NCBI GenBank assembly: GCA_964604705.1
Contig: CAZSAP010000005.1
Span: 85,218-149,217 of the forward strand
Direction: 5' to 3'
DNA from: an uncultured bacterium
GTDB taxonomy: Bacteria > Oederibacteriota > JAAXVQ01
DNA length: 64,000 bases
A program made the position numbers and the translations under genes. Position 1 is the first letter of the stretch. Each line of letters begins with the position of its first letter. The notes beneath the pieces were generated by a model that was not told the origin of the DNA, ran no database searches, and saw only the letters and a program-made list of their open reading frames with translations. Shown one piece after another: positions 29,726 to 38,291 of this stretch.

Positions 29726-31218
29726 TGAGAAAGGTAATTCGGTGTAAAAATATGCGGCTAGTTATGCAGCTGATATTAGTTCCTCTTTTTTGGATTATTG
29801 CGGGAACGCCTGGATTATGGGCCGAGGGGCAGAAATTAGATGCTTCAAAACTAGATATTAGCGGAAATACAAAATCATCATCTGTTGATACAGCTTACAT
29901 AACAGGGTCGTCTGAACCAAGTGTGCCAATGGATGTTGATCAAAGCAGCGAATATCTTACAAAGGCTGAGTACAAACAATATTGGACAGATGCAGAGGCT
30001 AAGATGGTTTATTTAGTCCTCTCTCCAGAAGCGTATCTTCCGGAAGTGACTATTTTAAAAAATACAGATGGGATTATTCATTTTAGATATAGAAATAGTA
30101 AAACGGTTTACAAAATTAAAGTTGATGAAGTAAAGACTGTTGTCCCGTTACCACCAAGTCCGCGTTGTTTTGCAATAAAACCTGGGGAGCTAGTACGACG
30201 CAATATTGTAAATGAGGTTGAAGATGCAAACTACCCTGATTATACAAAGTTGCCTAAAAAAATAGTTTCGAAGGTTTTGCTGGCATCTGACAATGAAGTG
30301 GAAGATGAGAACTCATATAGCGGAACAACGCAAACAGGAAATGTTGAGAACTTAGGAACGGATTTCAGAGAACCCTATGCCGCGCCAGCCAAACGAACAC
30401 CACAATCATGGGAAGATGTGGAAATGAACATGGTGTGTTTGGTATTTAAAAATAGGCGTTTTTTTATAAGAGATGTTCTTGTTCTCGCAGAACATGACGG
30501 AACAATTTTCTTCCGTGTTCAACGAGAAGAACCGGTATACCGAATCAGCAAGAATAAGGTTTTTAATATAGCAAGAACAATAAATGAAAATGATTATTTC
30601 TTTGGAAAACACTCGAGGTTTTTACAAGATAAGTTTATTTTACTGGAACAAAAGGTTTATTTTGCGGAATTACCAAAAATTCGTTCGAAGTTAAAGGGTG
30701 TTACACGGAAAATAAAAGATATTTTCTCATTAGAACCAGTCGGGTTTCTTGTAGGTGCTGGTACACTGGAATTTGAACATTTTATCAATAATAACACAGC
30801 GATCGCAGTCGGATTTTGTTGTTCATATCCGGGTGGAAAGACATTTAGTGGAGTCGGTGGTGCAAATGGGCCGGAGCATCAAGAGCTGGGCGGGCAAGTC
30901 TCTGCTCGTGTCTATCCTTTGGCCGATTACTATGCACCTGCGGGTTTGTGGATAGGCCCGTGTTTTAAATACTATGTTGAAACTTTTCCGCAGTATTCTA
31001 AAAGCTTGACTTACTTTAATAGTCTTCTTGAGGTGGGTTGGGGTTTTTCTTTTGAGGGTAAGCATTCCTTTGTGGTTTCACCCTTTATTGGAGTTGGTTT
31101 TTCTGCAGCAGGTGGGCCGGTGTACGCTGGCGAAGGTGGTCCTAAAATAGCCCCCAGAGCGGTCACCAATGAAGGCTTAACAGGTCTTATTGGCTGCAAC
31201 ATAGGCATTGGTCTGTAG
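29725..31218 (+). CDS. Exported protein: two repeat domains + C-terminal (DUF3575-like) beta-barrel, paralog 1
   Basis: Signal peptide; SLEPVGFLVGAGTLEFEH, YAPAGLWIGP, terminal GCNIGIGL; TAATG overlap with upstream gene. Confidence 0.78.
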   Translation: MRKVIRCKNMRLVMQLILVPLFWIIAGTPGLWAEGQKLDASKLDISGNTKSSSVDTAYITGSSEPSVPMDVDQSSEYLTKAEYKQYWTDAEAKMVYLVLSPEAYLPEVTILKNTDGIIHFRYRNSKTVYKIKVDEVKTVVPLPPSPRCFAIKPGELVRRNIVNEVEDANYPDYTKLPKKIVSKVLLASDNEVEDENSYSGTTQTGNVENLGTDFREPYAAPAKRTPQSWEDVEMNMVCLVFKNRRFFIRDVLVLAEHDGTIFFRVQREEPVYRISKNKVFNIARTINENDYFFGKHSRFLQDKFILLEQKVYFAELPKIRSKLKGVTRKIKDIFSLEPVGFLVGAGTLEFEHFINNNTAIAVGFCCSYPGGKTFSGVGGANGPEHQELGGQVSARVYPLADYYAPAGLWIGPCFKYYVETFPQYSKSLTYFNSLLEVGWGFSFEGKHSFVVSPFIGVGFSAAGGPVYAGEGGPKIAPRAVTNEGLTGLIGCNIGIGL

Positions 31219-31233
31219 GTGGGATAATGGTGC

Positions 31234-31338
31234 TCAAATGGTCAGAAAAATGTGCGGGTCACTCACGGAGACGGCTCGCCTTTGGAAATTGATTACAGTG
31301 GTGTGTATGGGAAGACGGGGTTGAGAGTTTATTTTTAA
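31234..31338 (+). pseudogene. 3' relic of a paralog of the 28643-29725 barrel gene
   Basis: Encodes SNGQKNVRVTHGDGSPLEIDYSGVYGKTGLRVYF*, against SNGRKNVRVTHADGSPLEIDYSGVYGKTGLRVYF* at 29621-29725; in-frame TAA at 31225 and no start codon after it. Confidence 0.9.
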
Positions 31339-31396
31339 AGTGGAAATATTAAGCGTAATCCGGAAATTTATTTGGTGATTTTCTTTTGAGGTGTTT

Positions 31397-32875
31397 ATGA
31401 AACCATTCATTCATATTACAACTTTATTGATTTGTACTGTTATCTATGGGGTGGGGTTTTCCTGGGCAGAGGCGACTCCCCAAGATAATTTAATTTCGAG
31501 TTCGGGAAATTCAACGATTGCTGGATTAAGCATGGAGGTTTTATTAGTACCACCCACTGCTGAAAGTGCTCAAACGCTTGCACCCAGTTCGTTTGTGGAA
31601 TCGCCAAATAATAATGATGAGGTTGTGGATCCCGCTGTTGAAATAGAAAAGAATCAAGTGAACCTGATTTTAGTAGCAACTCCCTATGTCCCAAAAGTTA
31701 CTGTCCTAAAGAATCAAAATGGGGTTATTCATTTCAAATATGAGTATAGTGATAAAGTATATGCGATCAATGTGGCGGATGTTAAAAATATCACTAAAAC
31801 GATACCGGAAAAAGGCTATTTGGCAACAAATCTCCGGATGTTAATTAAAAATGAAATTGTGACAAGACTAAAAGATGCAGGGTATCCGAAATTTCCGAAG
31901 CCTAGATCAATTCGTCAGAGTAAACGAAATGTCCAGCTGCCTTTGTCTGCGACAAATGAACCTGGGTTCATGTCGGGAGCAGATCCCGATGAAAAGAACG
32001 AACCAATATCCGAAGGAGAGTATCTCCAGAAAGCGGTAGAGGGTTCTTCAAATACAGCAGACATAAATCCAATTAAAAATTGGTCGGACATTGAACCTAA
32101 TATGGTCAACCTTGTTGTGCCAGGGCAGTTTTATGTACCCAACGTGACTGTTTTATATAATCAAAATGGAGTGATGCATTTTAAATATGGTCATGGTGAT
32201 CAGGTATACAGCATAAAGCAGGAGGCTGTCTCCGAGGTTTCCCAATCCACCCCTGAAAATGGAATCTCGATTAATCCGCGCGTTCTTTTGAATGAAAAAA
32301 AGGTTACGCTAGTGACTGATATAGGTTATCCAATGTTTCCAAAGCTTCCCTCGATGATCAAAGGGTCTACCAATGAAATTAAAAATACATTTACAATTGA
32401 GCCGGTAGGGTTCGGGTTTGGTGCAGCAACTTTGGAATATGAACGGATAATTGGTGGCAAGGTATCATTTTCTGTGGGGTTCAAATTTAATATACCGGAG
32501 AGTTCGGTCTATTTTGATGATTCTAAGGAAAGGCACACATACTGGGGATGGCAAGGTTCCATGAGGTTTTATCCGTTCAAGGATTTTTATGCTCCGCGTG
32601 GATTATGGTTCGGGCCAACGTGGGAGTCGATTAATACACAATACAATGATTACAACAATACGATATTCACAAATACTACCATGTTAACTGAAGTTGGTTG
32701 GGGTTTTATGTTAAAGGACCATTTTGGACTCATGGTTTCACCATTTGTAGGACTCGGTTTCACGTGGGGGAGTGGTAAACCTATTATTAAGAGTTTTAAT
32801 GGTATGGAAGAACGAATAAACCCTTACACAGGGGTCACATTCGTTCTGGGGTGTCATATTGGGGTTGGATTTTAA
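31397..32875 (+). CDS. Exported two-repeat + beta-barrel protein, paralog 2
   Basis: Signal peptide; TIEPVGFGFGAATLEYER, YAPRGLWFGP, terminal GCHIGVGF. Confidence 0.8.
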   Translation: MKPFIHITTLLICTVIYGVGFSWAEATPQDNLISSSGNSTIAGLSMEVLLVPPTAESAQTLAPSSFVESPNNNDEVVDPAVEIEKNQVNLILVATPYVPKVTVLKNQNGVIHFKYEYSDKVYAINVADVKNITKTIPEKGYLATNLRMLIKNEIVTRLKDAGYPKFPKPRSIRQSKRNVQLPLSATNEPGFMSGADPDEKNEPISEGEYLQKAVEGSSNTADINPIKNWSDIEPNMVNLVVPGQFYVPNVTVLYNQNGVMHFKYGHGDQVYSIKQEAVSEVSQSTPENGISINPRVLLNEKKVTLVTDIGYPMFPKLPSMIKGSTNEIKNTFTIEPVGFGFGAATLEYERIIGGKVSFSVGFKFNIPESSVYFDDSKERHTYWGWQGSMRFYPFKDFYAPRGLWFGPTWESINTQYNDYNNTIFTNTTMLTEVGWGFMLKDHFGLMVSPFVGLGFTWGSGKPIIKSFNGMEERINPYTGVTFVLGCHIGVGF

Positions 32876-33211
32876 ATATATTTTGTAGGAATGTTGCCGG
32901 TGGGAATAAAGTGTATTTATATTTGTGTTTTCTAATTTCTTTAATAAATCTACTCCATAGCTCAGGTAACTAAAGGTTTGTTTTTGGTTTTTAAGTGAGT
33001 TCGTTTTTCGTCTCGCCTCTCTGCAATTTAGTTTGTATAAAAACCTCAAGTATTGCAATTAATTTCAAAACTTCCTGTCAAAAGATCCAACTAAAACTGG
33101 GGCATCATGAAAGTGTGGCTGGGTAGTTCGAAGTATGAGGAGGATACTTCCAAGGGGAAAAATGCCATGCCTTATGACAAAACAACCAGTTTAATAAACA
33201 GGAGGCAAACG

Positions 33212-36200
33212 ATGTCTATTGGTAGAGATGCATTGGAATTGAGCAGATATGTATATCATGATATTCCGGCAAATGGTGGGTCTGTGCCACCGCAGTATAC
33301 CCAAATTGGTTGGTTTGATCGTAGCAGTGATACTTGTTCTGGTTACACTGGCGAGGCTTGGAGCGATGGAACAAATGTGATCATCGCAAATAGGGGTACA
33401 GAGAATAATTGTAATGATCGGTTGGAAAATTTGAGAATGGCAGTGGATAAGGTGGGGCCACAAATGAGAGATGCCCTCGATTTTGTTGAGGAATTAAGAT
33501 TGCAAGGGAAACTCGAAGGCAAAAACGTTTATGTTGTTGGGCACTCTATGGGTGGATCGATTTCTCAGTATCTAGCAGCGTGCTATGAAAATTTCAAAGC
33601 GATTACGTTCAATGCTTACGGAGCTCGAGATATTCTCTTGAGTGCTGGAATCCTTCAATCATCCACAAATGCAAATATTGATAGTCGAGTCACCAATTAT
33701 GTAGTGGAGACTGATTTTACTGGGAATAAAGCTCGTCAGATAGGAACTACATATTATTTAAGTGGACCGGGAACGAGTTATGATATTGTAAATCCTGGTA
33801 CAATTCTAAATTACGTTTTTCTTGCATCACACCATTTAAGTAATTTTGAAAGGTTATTCGATTCGGATTTTCAAGATCCAAGACATAGTGGTAACTTAAG
33901 AACTCTTAGAACAGATGCAAGTATTGCTCTTGTGGCTTTGGCGGAGACGCCACTCGATCCTTTTACAACAGCAATTAATTTGGCTCTAGCGCCGTTCACG
34001 GGACAAATACCGACACTTGTCCCCCTCCCGGCAGCAATCGCGACGTTGTTGCCTGACCCAATCTCACTTACAAATCCCTCGACATGGCTTAATCTAATTA
34101 CGGATCCGATTCTGAAGCCAATTCAAGCAACCATAGAAATTATAAATAATGTGCGGAATTTTTTAGGTATGGGAGGAAATAATCAGAATAGAAATGATTA
34201 TAATTATGAAGGGGATGATTATTTTGACCTTACAACTCCAAATAATGAAACTAATATTTTTAATGGCGATGATATTTTGGACGCTAAAGGTGGAAATGAT
34301 CGAATATATAGCCGCTTTGGCAATGATAAGCTTTATGGTGGGGCTGGTAATGATTATATTTCGGATAATTTTGGAAATAACATGTTGCATGGCGGGACGG
34401 GTGATGACACGTTGGTATGTTGCGAAGGGAATGATTCTTTATATGGCGATGATGGCATGGATGTCCTAATAAGTGGTGCCGGGAATGATATTTTAGTTGG
34501 CGGGAGTGGCGATGATAAATTGTATGGGGGGTATCAAGACGATTTGCTGTCAGGTGGATTGGGTATAGATGAACTGAACGGAGACAATGGGGATGATCAG
34601 CTATGGGGTGATGAAGGTAATGATTTGATGAGTGGTGGTGATGGAAATGATCTGTTGGACGGCGGATCAGACGATGACGTTATGCATGGGAATGAAGGAA
34701 CTGATGTCTTAATTGGCAATGTGGGAAGAGATACGTTATATGGAGAGGAAGGTAACGACAAGCTATTTGGTGGTGATGAGAACGATTATCTACTTGGTGG
34801 AGAAGGGGACGACCAGTTGGAAGGAGCTTTAGGTAATGATACTTTGGTTGGTGGAAATGGATCAGATGCCATGGATGGTGGTGAAGGTGATGATGTGATA
34901 TTTGGAGAAACACAATATTTGGCACCTGGCTTTGGTGGAGGAAACGACACCATGTGGGGGGGGGCTGGACTAGATCGGATGTACGGGTACGATGGAGATG
35001 ATACATTGCACGGTGGAAATGATGCTGATCATTTGGAAGGGAATGACGGTAATGATAACTTATACGGTGATGCAGGGGACGATACCTTGGTTGGATGGAA
35101 TGGAGTCGACTCCTTGTATGGTGGTGAAGGAAATGACACGTTGTATGCAGTCAGTGAGGACCGGGTTTATGGCGGTTCGGGCGATGATACCTTGTTGGGT
35201 TATGGCAACAATAATTTGCTTGATGGTGGTGAAGGGGTTGATCGGATAACGATGATGGATTCATCAACCAATAACCAACTTTTGGGTGGCTCGGGAAATG
35301 ATTTTCTTCAAGTAAATGCTGGAACAAATTATATGGACGGGAGCGATGGGGATGATCAACTAGTAGGTGGTTTGGGAAATGATACATTGGTAGGTGGTTT
35401 GGGTATAGATGAAATTACTGGAAATGAAGGCGATGATACGATTTGGGGAAATGAAGGCGATGATGAACTGGATGGTGGAAATGGTAATAATACTTTGATC
35501 GGTGGATCAGGCCATGATTGGATGATAGCCGGTGATGGTGTAGATACGTTGTGGGGTGGTGATGGTTGTGACTTCCAGTATGGTGGTGGAGGTAACGATC
35601 GCCTCGGTGGTGGATTGGATGGAGATCAGCTCTATGGGGGTGAAGGAAATGATACGTTATGGGGAAATGAAGACGGAGATTGGCTATACGGCGGGATTGG
35701 TGAAGGTGTTTATTGCTTAAGCGGCACTGATACCCTTTACGGTGACGAAGGGGATGATTACTTATTTGGGGAAGACGGTGATGATTTTCTGTATGGAGGA
35801 GTTGGAACTGATCGCCTGATGGGCGGGGATGGGGGCGACACCTTATATGGGGAAGATGGGGATGATTTTCTTTTTGGACAAGACGGTGTGGATACACTTT
35901 TAGGAGGTGTCGGTGCAGATAAATTGTATGGTGGTGCTGGCAACGATGAACTAGCGGGTCATGAAGGTGATGATCAACTTTATGGTGAGAGTGGCAATGA
36001 TCTTTTATACGGCTATGATGATAATGATTTACTTTATGGCAGTTCAGGTAGTGATGTCTTGTACGGCGGCGCTGGAAATGACAGTATTTATGGTGGCACA
36101 GGTGAATATAATTGGGATGGTAACAATATAGAAGGTTTGTTTGATGAAGAAAGCAATGTTGCGAATAGTTTATATGGTGAGGCAGGAGACGATTTTTTAA

Positions 36201-36829
36201 AGGGCGGAGCTGGCAATGATTTTATTTATGGCGGTGAAGGGGACGACGCAATCGGCGGAATGTTAGGGAATAACTATATTGAGGGTGGGGATGGAAACGA
36301 TTCGATTTTTGCTGGTTCGGTAGATACTGCCCAGATTAACGAAGCCCATGGTGGTAATGGTGTGGATCAAATTTGTGGTGGTTGGGGAAAAGATTTCCTG
36401 TATGGAGATGCTGGCAATGATAGTATTACCGGACAAAGCGGAGATGATTTTATTTATGGTGGAGAAGGGAATGATGATGTTTTTGGCGATGATGGAATTG
36501 ATTTTATAGATGGTGGAGAGGGTGATGATCGTATATGGGGTAACGCGGGTGCCGACACCTTATATGGAGGAGTAGGTATAAATAAATTTATCTATTCACA
36601 GGCGACGGACTCTACCTCTGAAGCTATGGATGTCATCATGGATTTCGAAGATGGCCAGGACCGTATCGATCTTTCGGCCATGAATATTCGAGAGACTGAT
36701 TTGGGTACGGCCATGATCTATCGCATCATCAACGGAAACACGGTTTTGGAGGACTTGGCAACAGGGTTTAGCCTGCAACTCCAAGGTGAACATCAGTTGA
36801 CGACCTCTGATTTTGTGTTTGCGGCCTAA
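33212..36829 (+). CDS. RTX (Ca-binding) protein with N-terminal alpha/beta-hydrolase lipase domain; T1SS substrate
   Basis: IIANRGTE, VVGHSMGG (33539-33556), candidate triad Asp (ETDF) and His (SHHL); dozens of GGxGxDxL nonapeptides; serralysin-like tail DVIMDFEDGQDRIDLS. GGAGG RBS before ATG 33212 (alternative start 33107). Confidence 0.93.
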   Translation: MSIGRDALELSRYVYHDIPANGGSVPPQYTQIGWFDRSSDTCSGYTGEAWSDGTNVIIANRGTENNCNDRLENLRMAVDKVGPQMRDALDFVEELRLQGKLEGKNVYVVGHSMGGSISQYLAACYENFKAITFNAYGARDILLSAGILQSSTNANIDSRVTNYVVETDFTGNKARQIGTTYYLSGPGTSYDIVNPGTILNYVFLASHHLSNFERLFDSDFQDPRHSGNLRTLRTDASIALVALAETPLDPFTTAINLALAPFTGQIPTLVPLPAAIATLLPDPISLTNPSTWLNLITDPILKPIQATIEIINNVRNFLGMGGNNQNRNDYNYEGDDYFDLTTPNNETNIFNGDDILDAKGGNDRIYSRFGNDKLYGGAGNDYISDNFGNNMLHGGTGDDTLVCCEGNDSLYGDDGMDVLISGAGNDILVGGSGDDKLYGGYQDDLLSGGLGIDELNGDNGDDQLWGDEGNDLMSGGDGNDLLDGGSDDDVMHGNEGTDVLIGNVGRDTLYGEEGNDKLFGGDENDYLLGGEGDDQLEGALGNDTLVGGNGSDAMDGGEGDDVIFGETQYLAPGFGGGNDTMWGGAGLDRMYGYDGDDTLHGGNDADHLEGNDGNDNLYGDAGDDTLVGWNGVDSLYGGEGNDTLYAVSEDRVYGGSGDDTLLGYGNNNLLDGGEGVDRITMMDSSTNNQLLGGSGNDFLQVNAGTNYMDGSDGDDQLVGGLGNDTLVGGLGIDEITGNEGDDTIWGNEGDDELDGGNGNNTLIGGSGHDWMIAGDGVDTLWGGDGCDFQYGGGGNDRLGGGLDGDQLYGGEGNDTLWGNEDGDWLYGGIGEGVYCLSGTDTLYGDEGDDYLFGEDGDDFLYGGVGTDRLMGGDGGDTLYGEDGDDFLFGQDGVDTLLGGVGADKLYGGAGNDELAGHEGDDQLYGESGNDLLYGYDDNDLLYGSSGSDVLYGGAGNDSIYGGTGEYNWDGNNIEGLFDEESNVANSLYGEAGDDFLKGGAGNDFIYGGEGDDAIGGMLGNNYIEGGDGNDSIFAGSVDTAQINEAHGGNGVDQICGGWGKDFLYGDAGNDSITGQSGDDFIYGGEGNDDVFGDDGIDFIDGGEGDDRIWGNAGADTLYGGVGINKFIYSQATDSTSEAMDVIMDFEDGQDRIDLSAMNIRETDLGTAMIYRIINGNTVLEDLATGFSLQLQGEHQLTTSDFVFAA

Positions 36830-36842
36830 CTTGAACTTGGAT

Positions 36843-36886
36843 CGGTTCCTCTCTCTCGTTACATGAGAGGGGAACCGGTTTTCTTA
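36843..36886 (+). terminator. Hairpin/terminator after the RTX gene
   Basis: CGGTTCCTCTCTC...GAGAGGGGAACCG followed by GTTTTCTT. Confidence 0.65.
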
Positions 36887-36906
36887 AAAAATGTAAAAGA
36901 GGGTCT

Positions 36907-37410
36907 ATGGATAATCAAGCGAAGCAAGAAAACATAGCAACAAGTCAAGGGCAAGCCGCAAAGAATGTGGGTATGGAAAGCATCTTAGGTGATGTTACTT
37001 TTTTGATGATGCGCTCTAAGGGTCACCAACAGCTTTTTGTTTCGGATCTGGCGTGGTTGGTGCTGCCGGCTTTGCGCTTTAAGCAGATGCGGGTCTTTCG
37101 GGGCAAGCGCGGGCCTTTGGCGTATTGCAGTTGGGCGTACCTGAGCGAAACTGCGGAAAACCGTCTGCTCTCCGGCCAGGGACGGTTGGCGCCGCGTGAT
37201 TGGAAGTCGGGTTCGCGACTATGGATCATTGACAGTATTTCAGCGCCTGGGGCGGGTTATTCTTTCTTTAAAATGCTTCAGGAACAGGTTTTCAAAGGTC
37301 AGTCGGTCAAGCTTCTGCGCCCCCGTAAGGATCGTAAAGGGTACGAAGGGGTTGAGTTGGATACCGTGGTTCAGAACTTGAAAGCCAAAGCTGTGAAGAA
37401 ATACAACTAA
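36907..37410 (+). CDS. RTX toxin-activating lysine acyltransferase (HlyC/RtxC family)
   Basis: LMMRSKGH (Ser/His of SxxH), LPAL..KQ, PLAYCSWAYLS, DWKSGSRLWIID. Confidence 0.9.
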   Translation: MDNQAKQENIATSQGQAAKNVGMESILGDVTFLMMRSKGHQQLFVSDLAWLVLPALRFKQMRVFRGKRGPLAYCSWAYLSETAENRLLSGQGRLAPRDWKSGSRLWIIDSISAPGAGYSFFKMLQEQVFKGQSVKLLRPRKDRKGYEGVELDTVVQNLKAKAVKKYN

Positions 37411-37435
37411 CAAGGTGCTGGAAACTTTTTTGGTA

Positions 37436-37525
37436 GTCCTTGCGAGGCGTCGTAGCGACGAAGCAATCTCGATTGTATAAGGACAAAGTCAGATTGCCAC
37501 GTGCCCGTGGGTCGCTCGCAATGAC
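37436..37525. repeat. Palindromic REP/RPE-like intergenic element
   Basis: Outer arms GTCCTTGCGAG / CTCGCAATGAC and inner arms GAAGCAATCT / AGATTGCCAC. Confidence 0.7.
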
Positions 37526-37572
37526 CTCTCAGGGTAGTTCTTAAACCTGCAATCAAGTATAGCTGATCGCTG

Positions 37573-37614
37573 CCTTTGGATTCAAAGTCTCCATGTGGGC
37601 TTTGAATCCAAAGG
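37573..37614. repeat. Perfect 15-bp inverted repeat (hairpin)
   Basis: CCTTTGGATTCAAAG (37573-37587) / CTTTGAATCCAAAGG (37600-37614). Confidence 0.85.
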
Positions 37615-37794
37615 TGCTATGGTTTTATCCACAGTAAGCCGAGAAACCGTTTGATCATAAAAACCTTTGTTTTAATTCCAACTCACTAATCCGATTTTTA
37701 TCTCATTCAAATATTTTTTGAAACTCATGCAATTAATTTTCGCAACTACTGTCGAAGATGTGTCGGTTATTTATTCACAAAGGATGTAGCCATC

Positions 37795-38247
37795 ATGCGA
37801 AAAGGTTTGCTCTTGGTTTTGCTCGGCATGTTTTTGCAGGGGTGTTCCACGCTTTCGGCAGGCAAGCATACACTGGGGTCTTTGTCTGAGGTGCAACTGG
37901 CCATGGACAAGCAGGCGGTTGAAAAAGTCCTGGGAAAGCCTGATGTGGTGCGGATGGGGAAAAAACTTGGCGACGGCACGGTCTACGAACTGCATGAGTA
38001 CAAGCTCTACAGTGATTTTTCTGTGACAGCACTCTCGTTTGCCCTGGTTATCCCCGCTCAGTTGGTCTTGGGTACGGAAACGTACTGGCTCCACTATGTG
38101 AACTCAAAGTTGGTGTTCTGGGGTGACGAGGGCAACTGGCGGGGGATGCCCAAGTGGTTTAGCTCGACGTATGCGGCCCCGAGCACCGAGGCGACCACGG
38201 GTGAGGTTAAACCACCCAGTCTTTCAAGTCCGATTGAATCAAACTAA
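37795..38247 (+). CDS. Lipoprotein, SmpA/BamE-like small domain
   Basis: Lipobox MFLQGC; LAMDKQAVEKVLGKP; YWLHYVNSKLVFWG. Confidence 0.75.
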   Translation: MRKGLLLVLLGMFLQGCSTLSAGKHTLGSLSEVQLAMDKQAVEKVLGKPDVVRMGKKLGDGTVYELHEYKLYSDFSVTALSFALVIPAQLVLGTETYWLHYVNSKLVFWGDEGNWRGMPKWFSSTYAAPSTEATTGEVKPPSLSSPIESN

Positions 38248-38291
38248 GCGTTTAATCAACTAAGTAAACAACTAAAGAAGCGGAGCTGACC

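Noticed and set aside
32876-33211. RfaH ops/JUMPStart element upstream of the RTX operon
   Set aside because: No GGCGGTAG-type sequence in the leader.
33960-34120. FrpC-type self-processing module
   Set aside because: DP dipeptides are present, but the DPLxLDLxGDG signature is absent.
34260-36590. Possible CRISPR array or DNA tandem repeat
   Set aside because: The periodicity is the protein-level RTX nonapeptide; DNA copies are degenerate, with no repeat-spacer structure and no cas genes.
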